A stretch of DNA of 64,000 nt from a virus (taxonomy: Duplodnaviria; Caudoviricetes). The position numbers and the translations under genes were made by a program. Under the pieces are notes generated by a model. That model saw nothing but the letters and a program-made list of their open reading frames with translations, was not told where the DNA came from and did no database searches. Numbering within the stretch: position 1 is the first letter of the stretch; the number at the start of each line of letters is the position of its first letter. Below are positions 48,887 through 57,337 of the stretch, piece after piece. The DNA lies in the IMG/VR virus record IMGVR_UViG_3300019371_000256, positions 1 to 64,000 of that record; one strand, 5' to 3'.

Positions 48887-49759
48887 ATGATTAGTAATTG
48901 TGGACATGACGAAAATGGAAAATACACAGGTGGTAAAGCCGGGGATCAGACTGGTGGAGAGTACGCAGTAATTAATTGGTATAACCGTCCATGGGCCTGT
49001 GTGTTAAGGTATCCAGATATTAATGTAGGGTTAAAGATTGCGGAGATTTCTAAAGCTGCAGCAATTAATAATAACGTGGGTTATGATCAGGGACAGAGAC
49101 TTACATATTACAACTGCTTACGAGCTGTAAATTGGGATCCTGCTAAGATCATAACTCCATGTGAGGGTGACTGTAGTGCAACAACGGCAGCAAATGTGAT
49201 TGCCGCCGGAAATCTATTAGGTTTTAGTAAGTTAAAATCTATCAATCCATCAAACACTACATCGACATTGCGTAAGGCTCTTGTTGCAGTAGGATTTGAA
49301 CTTTTGACAGACAGCAAGTACCTTACAGGTGATAACTATTTGCTTCCGGGAGATATTCCACTATATGATGGACATCACGTAGCAGTTAACCTTGATTATG
49401 GATCAGAAGTTAAGCCAGCAGAAGAGAAGAAATCCGGCTGGATAAAAATAACAGATGGATGGATGTATTATAATGGTGATACCGATTTGCCGGTTCGTAA
49501 TGATTGGGTAGAGGATCAGAGCAAGTGGTACTGGTTTAACGCGGCCGGGATCATGGTCACGAATACCTGGTATCAGTATAATGCTGCATGGTATTATTTA
49601 GGACCGGATGGGGCTATGTGCCAGTCACAGCTTGTGGAGAATTCCGGGAAGATTTATGCAGTGGACACAGATGGAAAAATGGTTACAGGTGAAATTTTGT
49701 TATCTACTTTGAGCGACGGGACGCTGCAGTACAAAGGTTTAATAGGAGACGGCAAGTAA
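48887..49759 (+). CDS. Endolysin (NlpC/P60-like catalytic domain plus cell-wall-binding repeats)
   Basis: GHDENGKYTGGKAGDQTG, CEGDCSA, GHHVAVN; WYWFNAAGIM and WYYLGPDGAM repeats. Confidence 0.9.
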   Translation: MISNCGHDENGKYTGGKAGDQTGGEYAVINWYNRPWACVLRYPDINVGLKIAEISKAAAINNNVGYDQGQRLTYYNCLRAVNWDPAKIITPCEGDCSATTAANVIAAGNLLGFSKLKSINPSNTTSTLRKALVAVGFELLTDSKYLTGDNYLLPGDIPLYDGHHVAVNLDYGSEVKPAEEKKSGWIKITDGWMYYNGDTDLPVRNDWVEDQSKWYWFNAAGIMVTNTWYQYNAAWYYLGPDGAMCQSQLVENSGKIYAVDTDGKMVTGEILLSTLSDGTLQYKGLIGDGK

Positions 49760-49856
49760 TATTACTTTGAACCCAGAACCGGTCATTAACTGTAATGCGC
49801 TATGTATGTTTCAAATCATGATGGGGTGCAGTATATAGGTACATTTTAATTAATGT

Positions 49857-49883
49857 TGGCGGGCTCTTGTCCTGAGTCCGCCA
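49857..49883. terminator. Hairpin after the endolysin
   Basis: TGGCGGGCTC-N7-GAGTCCGCCA. Confidence 0.6.
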
Positions 49884-49924
49884 TTAAAAGTACTTTTCAA
49901 TTTTAGGGTCGTATGGTATTATAG

Positions 49925-50164
49925 TTAAGTAGAGTGGCAGAAAGAGAGGCCACATGAGTAGTAATAATAACTGTCTGAAAGCAATCAATTTAATTCATTT
50001 CGATGGCAAATCAATTAGTCTAAATAATGTATGTATGTCTCATACAATTTTTCAAGAAAACCAAGTTTTACAAGCAGCAATCTACGGTGATATGATAGTT
50101 ATAACTTCAGCAATGGAAGAAGAAAAAGAAAGTAATTAATTTGTATTATAGCCACTCTACTTAA
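49925..50164. repeat. Perfect 14-bp inverted repeat TTAAGTAGAGTGGC (49925-49938 / 50151-50164) bracketing the 61-aa ORF
   Basis: Direct reading of both arms. Confidence 0.85.
49954..50139 (+). CDS. Small protein, possibly SymE/AbrB-fold
   Basis: Own extended -10 (49914-49922) and RBS. Hydrophobic register ISLNNVCMSHTIFQENQVLQAAIYGDMIVIT matches the SymE pattern by eye only. Confidence 0.45.
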   Translation: MSSNNNCLKAINLIHFDGKSISLNNVCMSHTIFQENQVLQAAIYGDMIVITSAMEEEKESN

Positions 50165-50263
50165 ATTTTACTTTAATATACAAAATTGATTTTTTAAAGT
50201 AATAAGATTATAATAAAAAAACGATTTTAAACTGAATATCAATTATATAATAATCAAATTTAT

Positions 50264-50953
50264 TTGGAGGAAGTTTATATGGATAAAGAGTTAATTAATA
50301 CCGAGAATATTGATGAAATATCAATAAAAAGAATAATTGATGGTTTAACAGGTTTTATATCTGGAAGTAAGGCAGACTATGCACACTCAGCAAATAGATT
50401 ATTGAAAAGCCTATTTGCTCATGATTTTTTATTTCAGTTACAAAAAGAATGGGATAAATATGTCGATAGAGGTAATATTGACTTAGATTATAAAAAATCA
50501 AAGCCATTCTTAAATAGTTTATCTGAATTAATGGACTATCTTGATACGGATTTACCAAATGATGAGATAGCTCTAACTTTAAAAAAGTTATTCTTTATAC
50601 CAGCTTTTAAAGACTATTACAAAGAAGACAAGCTTTTAGCAATTGAATATATGAAAATAATAAGAAAGTTAACGCCAGGTGAAATGGTGGTTTTGTTTAC
50701 AGCATATAATAATGTTGGAATAAGTACAGACAGTGCTTCAAAATGGTTGGAAATAATTGCAGAGAAATCCACTCTGAAATATACAGAACTAGTAGAGCTG
50801 CATGAAAAGAAATTAATTGATTTAAATCTGATTACAAAACGTAAATATGAGGATAATAGTGGATTATGGGTTGGAAAATATTCTCGCTTAACAAGTTTGG
50901 GGTATAACTTATGTCATTTCATAAAATTGTATGATGAATTTAATGAGAGATAA
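50264..50953 (+). CDS. AT-rich hypothetical moron protein (229 aa)
   Basis: ORF with low GC; C-terminal LIDLNLI...LTSLGYNL winged-helix-like segment. Confidence 0.65.
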   Translation: MEEVYMDKELINTENIDEISIKRIIDGLTGFISGSKADYAHSANRLLKSLFAHDFLFQLQKEWDKYVDRGNIDLDYKKSKPFLNSLSELMDYLDTDLPNDEIALTLKKLFFIPAFKDYYKEDKLLAIEYMKIIRKLTPGEMVVLFTAYNNVGISTDSASKWLEIIAEKSTLKYTELVELHEKKLIDLNLITKRKYEDNSGLWVGKYSRLTSLGYNLCHFIKLYDEFNER

Positions 50954-50965
50954 AAAATTGTATTG

Positions 50966-51032
50966 AATCCTTATACTAATAATGAAATACAACTTTATTT
51001 TTTGGTGGTATTTCATTATTAGTGTAAGGATT
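50966..51032. terminator. 25-bp stem with 17-nt loop between convergent genes
   Basis: AATCCTTATACTAATAATGAAATAC pairs with GTATTTCATTATTAGTGTAAGGATT (one G-U). Confidence 0.7.
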
Positions 51033-51036
51033 TATA

Positions 51037-52053
51037 TTACGGTACATATTTTCTATGGGCTTCCTGTACGGTGGCTTTGGCAATAGCTGCATAGCACTGC
51101 TTTGTTGTGTCCAGTTGGACGTGCCCTAATTTCTCGGCCACAAGTTCCAGAGGAGCCCCCTTATTAATCATATCTGTGCCAACGGTGCGTCGGAAAACAT
51201 GAGGCGTTAATTTGACTGCAGCAAGATCATTGTCTCTATTCTTGATTCGTTTTAATATATTTCTTACTGTGCTACTACTTACACGGTTATGAGGTTTTTG
51301 ATTTGTTACAAATAAAGCCTGGTTATTATCGGTACGGCTTTTAAGATACCGTTCTAAATGAACCTTTGCTTGGCCGTTAAAATACACCTCTCTTTCCTTA
51401 CGTCCTTTTCCGTATACAATGGCTTTCATATCGGAAAAATCAACATCATTGATATTTAAGCGGCAAAGCTCAGATACCCGTATCCCAGAGGAATATAGTA
51501 AATCGCATAATGCTAATTCCATTTCATTTTTGCAGGCGCAGCGAACCTCTTCCCGCTGTTCAGCTTTAAGGGTCGGACCTATACGACGTTCTACTTTGGT
51601 TTCTTTTAGCTTTTTGGCTGGGTTATCAGGTAGCATATCCTCTTCATATAGCCAACCGAAGAAGCTCCTCATGCATATTAGCTTACTATTATATGTACGA
51701 TCTTTCCATTTTCGAAAAAGTTTTCCGTATGCAAGATAACCTTTTAGATCTGAATATGATATTTCAATAATATTTTTATTTATATAATCAAGCATATTTT
51801 GAAGATTATTTTTATAATTTGCAATACTGGCATCAGTGCATCCGTCAAGCTTCATTTGTATTAGATATTGTCTTAAATATTCTTCCGTACAATCAATTTT
51901 GGTAGATAAACCTGTTCTGGCCTCTTCTTTAATTAATTTATAATTTCCTAAATACATATATATGAGTAATTTTGTTTCGTGTATTTTTTCTGTTTTTATT
52001 ATCCCTGCTATTTCAAACTGCAATACTAAATCATTTATAACATTTTCTTCCAT
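51037..52053 (-). CDS. Tyrosine recombinase (XerD-like), putative shufflon invertase
   Basis: Catalytic set GIRVSEL, VYGKGRKER, HVFRR, LGH, TTKQCY; SAM-like N-terminus; adjacent to sites C and D. Confidence 0.92.
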   Translation of the reverse strand: MEENVINDLVLQFEIAGIIKTEKIHETKLLIYMYLGNYKLIKEEARTGLSTKIDCTEEYLRQYLIQMKLDGCTDASIANYKNNLQNMLDYINKNIIEISYSDLKGYLAYGKLFRKWKDRTYNSKLICMRSFFGWLYEEDMLPDNPAKKLKETKVERRIGPTLKAEQREEVRCACKNEMELALCDLLYSSGIRVSELCRLNINDVDFSDMKAIVYGKGRKEREVYFNGQAKVHLERYLKSRTDNNQALFVTNQKPHNRVSSSTVRNILKRIKNRDNDLAAVKLTPHVFRRTVGTDMINKGAPLELVAEKLGHVQLDTTKQCYAAIAKATVQEAHRKYVP

Positions 52054-52077
52054 GGTGCACCCCTGTAAACTTATTAC

Positions 52078-52140
52078 AGTTAGAATATAACCATTATCGT
52101 TATATTAGAGAAAAAGTTAGAATATAACACATTCCGTTAT
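52078..52140. promoter_or_regulatory. Direct repeat AGTTAGAATATAAC x2, each copy the left arm of an AATATAAC-N7-GTTAT(ATT) dyad
   Basis: Copies at 52078-52091 and 52115-52128; right arms at 52099-52106 and 52136-52140. Confidence 0.6.
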
Positions 52141-52154
52141 TCCGGGATTTTGTT

Positions 52155-52169
52155 TTAAATAGTGATTTA
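52155..52169 (+). repeat. Shufflon site C TTAAATAGTGATTTA
   Basis: 14/15 identical to site A; in frame (LNSDL) with ORF 52170. Confidence 0.88.
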
Positions 52170-52691
52170 ATGTATAAAGGTAATGCCAATGATTTAGATA
52201 CGTTAATCAATGAAGAATACACTGATAAGGTTATAACAAACAGTTATAATTACTCCTCCACGGGAGTGCCAGAAAACTCAAGCGGATATGTTATTACATA
52301 CTACAGGACACCTGCCAGCGTATTACAAAATTTATATACTTTCACAGGGAACTGTTATACAAGGCGCAGAGACATTAATACAACACCTACATGGGTAAAA
52401 CTCCCATCAAATGAAGATTTAGAAAACAAATTATCTACCAATGCTTTTTACATTACGAATATAAAGACTTTAGCTGATTTGTATTCCGCCTATGCCAGTG
52501 GTATCATATTTGTTTATAATAGTACTGGAAATGTCCCAAGTTATGGTAGTGGAATTATATTACGATGTTCAAACTCTAACTTTAAACTCTTACTTGTAGA
52601 TGATGATACTGATGCAATGTATCTATGGTCATTAACGGGTGCGGCTGGAACAGCTCTAATAATTAGTGCGAATAAAACCAAGGTTATTTAA
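52158..52691 (+). other. Silent tail-fibre cassette 3 (177 aa from N of NSDL)
   Basis: NSDL-MYKGNANDLD...VPENSSGYV...CYTRRRDINTTPTWVKL knob-like domain plus a second domain. Confidence 0.82.
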
Positions 52692-52698
52692 TGATCAT

Positions 52699-53013
52699 TT
52701 ATGCTATCATCTTCCAGGCAAGCCAGCTTAGGTATCCATAAAAATGATTTCTGTAATATACATTGTTCCTTTTGATATCAAACAGTATTTGAACTCCGTG
52801 AAAACTTACTTTGGATAAAATAGGATAAGTGTTGAATGAAAATACGAATACCGCTTCTCCTCCTGTCGCTCCAGAAATGGAAGGACCATTGGTGATATCT
52901 AAAACATACGAAAAATAAAATCCGCTGGTTATAGCATTTAAATCTAAATTCTCAGTATAGGGTGGAGAAATCATTAATTTGGGAAGTAATGTTTGTGCAC
53001 CTAAATCACTATT
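52699..53013 (-). other. Silent tail-fibre cassette 4 (104 aa)
   Basis: NSDLGAQTLLPKL continues in frame into ORF 52974 (DLNAITSGFYF...VQILFD...VYYRNHFYGYLSWLAWK); in-frame TAA immediately upstream. Confidence 0.85.
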
Positions 53014-53016
53014 TTA
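53002..53016 (-). repeat. Shufflon site D TAAAATAGTGATTTA
   Basis: 53002-53014 is the perfect reverse complement of 52157-52169. Confidence 0.88.
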
Positions 53017-53122
53017 TGGCATAACAAAGATATTAAAAAAAGTTAAATAATCAATAATTGTTGTAAATTCCCTTATTTAAAATTATAATGTTGATATATT
53101 ACTAATAAGGAGCAATTGTACA

Positions 53123-54067
53123 ATGAGTAATCTGTTTGTTTTTGGTAATGGTTTTGATTTGGCTCATGGTTTTGATACAAGCTATGATGATTTTAAAATA
53201 TGGCTTAGTGAAAAATATGATGAATCATCAGATTCGTATGAGTCGTTTCCTAAATACAACACTAATTATAAAAGGTTTGAATCATTTAGTTTTGAAAGCA
53301 TGTCTTATTTTTTCTATAATCTTATTTACAATGTAGTTGGTAGTGATTGGAGACAATTTGAAGCAGCATTGTCAAAACTTGATTGGGTTTCAATAATCGA
53401 AAATGAATGTTATGGCAGTAATTATAAAGAACGAATGTTCCAAGCTGAGGATATAGCTGTACAAATAAGAGATTTTGCTCACGTTTTAAAAGATAGTCTA
53501 TTTAAAAGTTGGGCTGAGGAAATTGACATTTCACACCCTAAGTCAATTTCAGAAGAACTTATAGGATTGATTGATAATGAACATGATTATTTCTTGAATT
53601 TCAATTATACTGATACACTTGAAAAACACTATAATATCAATAATGTTTGCCATATACACGGACAATCTTCTAAACATGATAGTTTGATCGTGGGACATTC
53701 GGGAAAAGATAAAATAGAGTTTGATAGCTATTTGACTATTACTTATTCTTACATTCGACAGATTTATGAAGATTATCGAAAAGATACTAAAAACATATAT
53801 AAAAAGCACATGGATTTTTTTAATAAATTATATAATAATAATATTACTAATATTTATATACACGGTTTTTCATTTTCAGATGTTGATATGTTTTACTTAA
53901 AAAAAATCGCACTAAAACTAGATACTTCTGTGGTACGTATTCATCTACATAGCTATTTAGAGGAGGACTTTGAAGGCTTCAAAAAGAAACTCATTAGATG
54001 TGGATTCCATAATATTAACATTATACAGTTTAGATTATCTGATATCAATGATGTATGTGAGATATGA
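53123..54067 (+). CDS. abiH: AbiH-family abortive infection protein
   Basis: LFVFGNGFDLAHGFDTSYDDF, FLNFNYTDTLE, HIHG, IYIHGFSFSDVDMFY. Confidence 0.85.
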   Translation: MSNLFVFGNGFDLAHGFDTSYDDFKIWLSEKYDESSDSYESFPKYNTNYKRFESFSFESMSYFFYNLIYNVVGSDWRQFEAALSKLDWVSIIENECYGSNYKERMFQAEDIAVQIRDFAHVLKDSLFKSWAEEIDISHPKSISEELIGLIDNEHDYFLNFNYTDTLEKHYNINNVCHIHGQSSKHDSLIVGHSGKDKIEFDSYLTITYSYIRQIYEDYRKDTKNIYKKHMDFFNKLYNNNITNIYIHGFSFSDVDMFYLKKIALKLDTSVVRIHLHSYLEEDFEGFKKKLIRCGFHNINIIQFRLSDINDVCEI

Positions 54068-54240
54068 AACTAGGAGGCGGAAAATTCTGTCTCCTTTTTA
54101 ATAAAAAATTACTATTTATTTTGGCAGTCTTAATTTGATATAAGAATTACTTATTGCTATAACCTATTCCGTGATTATATAACATTTTACCATCGGTTTT
54201 ATCAACTGATGGTAAAGTATAACGGAAGGAGCAATTACAT

Positions 54241-54501
54241 ATGATAAAAATTTTACTCTCTTCAAGGCTAGGTGACCGAAAATGGACACAAGCAGATTTG
54301 GCGCGAAAAACAGGTATTCGGCCAACGACAATTTCGGAGCTGTACCATGAGATGGTAGAAAGAGTAAACTTAGAACATTTGGATCTGATTTGCGAAGCAT
54401 TAGACTGCGATCTCAGCAACTTAATTGTATATGAACCAAATAAAGAGCCAAAAATTGTACATACCATTAATGGGTCACCTAAGCCAAAGGACATAAAGTG
54501 A
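54241..54501 (+). CDS. Cro/C1-type HTH regulator (YozG-like)
   Basis: WTQADLARKTGIRPTTISELYH...LICEALDCDLSNLI; upstream dyad TTACCATCGG/CTGATGGTAA. Confidence 0.85.
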   Translation: MIKILLSSRLGDRKWTQADLARKTGIRPTTISELYHEMVERVNLEHLDLICEALDCDLSNLIVYEPNKEPKIVHTINGSPKPKDIK

Positions 54502-54582
54502 TATGTCTCAAAAGGATGCGTTGTTTGATCAGCGCATCCTTTTTGTTGTATTACTTCCTTTTATATGATATATTAATAGCGG

Positions 54583-54785
54583 TGACACCCAAATGGCACC
54601 CATATGTTGAAAATGCTATTGATATTGTACGGAATGAGCGGTTAAATTGAACGTATTATAGCATATGTGTACGCTAACGATTACCGGTCAATATTGAGTT
54701 TGAATAAAAAATTTGAGCCCGCAAAGCCTTATAAAATAAGGATTTGTGGGCTCTCTTTATGTCGTTTGGTACTATTTTGGTATTA
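54583..54785. other. Candidate attR junction: arm-type repeats, guaA-like core and hairpin
   Basis: 11-bp-period repeats at 54583/54594 and 54766/54777; ATTGAGTTTGAATAA (IEFE*) at 54693-54707; hairpin 54715-54753. Confidence 0.5.
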
Positions 54786-55606
54786 TGTAACACGTCATTG
54801 AACGAATAGTTAAATAACTTCTTTCAAATAACTATATGATTTACTTGAGAGAATTAAGTTATTTGTTTCTTTTATTTCATTTGCCATTTAATTAGATATT
54901 AGATGATGGTATTTCTATACTATGTACAAGCATGTCTCTTATCTTTTTTAATTCAAGAAGCCTATTATACTCTTTTGGTGAAAAAATTTCTTTTAGGTTA
55001 TTTGAAATAAAGAGTATTTTGGATCTCGGGTTTTGAGAATATAGCCTCTTATCTGTAGAAGAAAAGGTGGAGCTCCTTGCAATAGCAGATTGTGCTGATT
55101 CCTCAGATATTATGTGACTAGTGAAACAGTATTTTCAGGAGATTGGTCATGATTACAGTATCAATGAAGTTATGGAGGAATCGGATGCGGTCTACGATGG
55201 ATTCAGAGAAATTTGTATCGGAAAGAATGCTGAACGGATATGTAATAAGCTACAGAGAGAGGATCTATCATACAGGTATCTGACGGTGTCTGAGAAGTCT
55301 AGGTTACTTGAATTTAGGCTAGATGATAATCCTTGTTACTTCATGCAGTTGTTTTGAAGAAATTAGGTGTTGATATGGATTTTGATGAGCAATATGAGGA
55401 TTATCAGAAGGTTTATGAAACAGGACTAGAATTGCAGAATAAAGATAGGGTGAAAGACAGGGAACGATAAGTTTACTTGTCTTTATAACTATTTCCTATT
55501 AAATCATATGTAAGAAGTCGAAATTTGGTTGCTAATATGACAATTTAGCGATACTATATTTGTAGTTGTGTATAAACTGAAAGTTAAACAGTTCGGAGGA
55601 AAATGT

Positions 55607-55791
55607 ATGTCTGAAATTATTGAAAATGGTCGAGTTTAGAAGAAACAGCAGAGTATCTAGGCGTAACAAAAGATACCATAAGAAACTGGATTAAGAAGGC
55701 AGATATACCAGCACATAAAGTGGGTAGACTATGGAAGTTTAAGTTATCTGAAGTAGATGCCTGGGTAAAAAGTGGCAAGGGTGCGCTGTAA
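55607..55791 (+). pseudogene. Frameshifted excisionase-family HTH gene preceding hsdM
   Basis: MSEIIE, then a 1-nt deficit, then WSSLEETAEYLGVTKDTIRNWIKK...GRLWKFKLSEVDAWVKSG (185 nt). Confidence 0.78.
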
Positions 55792-55859
55792 GACCGGATT
55801 TTAGGACAGGTAATAAGAGAAAATTATGATGAGATTACTATATATTGGAGGATACAACG

Positions 55860-57335
55860 TTGATAACAGGCGAAGTGAGAAATAAGATAGATAAAATATG
55901 GACAGACATGTGGGCAGGAGGAGTAACGAATCCTTTGACAGTAATTGAACAGATTACATATCTGATGTTTATTCGCTCTTTGGATGAAAAAGAATTAGAG
56001 AATGAAAGCTTTGAAGCACTGGCAAGAGAAAAGATGGAAAAAATCTTTCCACAAGATGAAAATGGTCAATCCATGCGATGGAGCAGATTCAAAGATAAAG
56101 ACGCCAGAGAAATATTTGAAATTATTGGACAAAAGGTATTTCCATTTATTAAAAGTTTGAATGGTAATAATGCATCCGCATTCTCTAGATATATGGAAAA
56201 TGCGATGTTTATGATTCCTACACCACAAATTTTGCAGAAGATCATTACTGGATTGGAAGATTTGTACGAGCATGATTTGACAGGGCTTGATATGCAAGGT
56301 GATCTCTACGAATATATGCTGGACAAACTTGCTACCGCGGGGCAAAATGGTCAGTTTCGTACACCAAAGCATATAAGAGAACTGATGGTGCAATTGGTAA
56401 ATCCAACACCAGATGATACCATCTGTGATCCGGCTTGTGGAACAGCGGGATTCTTAGTATCGGCATCTGAATATATCAGAAAGAACTTTGAAGGGACTAT
56501 GACAAGTGAGCAATGGGAGCATTTTGACAAAGGAGCATTTTCGGGATTTGATACGGACACAACAATGCTTCGTATCTCTGCAATGAATCTGATGCTTCAT
56601 TCCATTAGTAATCCTGATATTGATTACAAAGATAGTGTATCAAAACAGAATGAGATTATTTCAAAATATACGGTGTGCCTTGCAAATCCACCATTTGCAG
56701 GAACTGTAGATTCAGAGAGTATTAATGACAATCTGAAAGCAATCTGTAGTACCAAAAAGACAGAGCTTCTATTTGTGGCATTATTCCTTCGTATGCTAAA
56801 AAAGGGTGGAAGATGTGCATGTATCGTACCAGATGGAGTTTTATTTGGTAATTCAAAAGCTCATAAAGAGTTAAGAAGAGAACTTGTTGAAAATCAACAT
56901 TTACAAGCAATCATATCTATGCCGAGTGGAGTATTTAAGCCATATGCAGGGGTATCAACCGCAGTTTTGGTATTTACAAAGACAGATGATGGTGGAACGG
57001 ATAAAGTCTGGTTCTATGATATGAAAGCGGATGGAAAGAGTCTGGACGATAAACGTCAGGATACGGATAAAAATGATATTCCTGATATTTTAGAACGCTG
57101 GAATCATTTAGAATTAGAAACGGACAGAGTAAAAACAGAACAATCCTTTTTTGTAACAAAGAAGGAGATTGAGGAAAATGAATATGATCTGTCGATTAAT
57201 AAGTATAAAGAAGTAGTCTATGAAAAGGTAGAGTACGATTCATCAGAAGTGATTATGGAACGAATTGATAAAATTGATGAAGAAATTGTTGTACTGAAAG
57301 CGGAATTGAAAACATTATTAAATTTAGATTTGTAG
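55860..57335 (+). CDS. hsdM: Type I R-M methyltransferase subunit
   Basis: GQFRTPKHI, DPACGTAGF, ANPPF (N6-adenine MTase), FKPYAGVST. Confidence 0.95.
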   Translation: MITGEVRNKIDKIWTDMWAGGVTNPLTVIEQITYLMFIRSLDEKELENESFEALAREKMEKIFPQDENGQSMRWSRFKDKDAREIFEIIGQKVFPFIKSLNGNNASAFSRYMENAMFMIPTPQILQKIITGLEDLYEHDLTGLDMQGDLYEYMLDKLATAGQNGQFRTPKHIRELMVQLVNPTPDDTICDPACGTAGFLVSASEYIRKNFEGTMTSEQWEHFDKGAFSGFDTDTTMLRISAMNLMLHSISNPDIDYKDSVSKQNEIISKYTVCLANPPFAGTVDSESINDNLKAICSTKKTELLFVALFLRMLKKGGRCACIVPDGVLFGNSKAHKELRRELVENQHLQAIISMPSGVFKPYAGVSTAVLVFTKTDDGGTDKVWFYDMKADGKSLDDKRQDTDKNDIPDILERWNHLELETDRVKTEQSFFVTKKEIEENEYDLSINKYKEVVYEKVEYDSSEVIMERIDKIDEEIVVLKAELKTLLNLDL

Positions 57336-57337
57336 GG

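Larger units (their letters stand above)
1..54707. mobile_element. Temperate prophage with PBSX-like contractile tail (left end and integrase outside the window)
   Basis: Canonical module order: immunity, recombination, replication, packaging, head, tail, lysis. Candidate att core near 54693-54707. Confidence 0.93.

Noticed and set aside
51037-52053. Tyrosine recombinase as the prophage integrase
   Set aside because: It is XerD-like and lies among the cassette sites about 2.6 kb from the candidate att. The real integrase is expected next to cI, left of the window.
52055-53000. GTGCAC occurring near the recombinase start and near site D
   Set aside because: The first is part of the recombinase RBS region and the second is cassette-4 coding sequence; a 6-mer coincidence is likely
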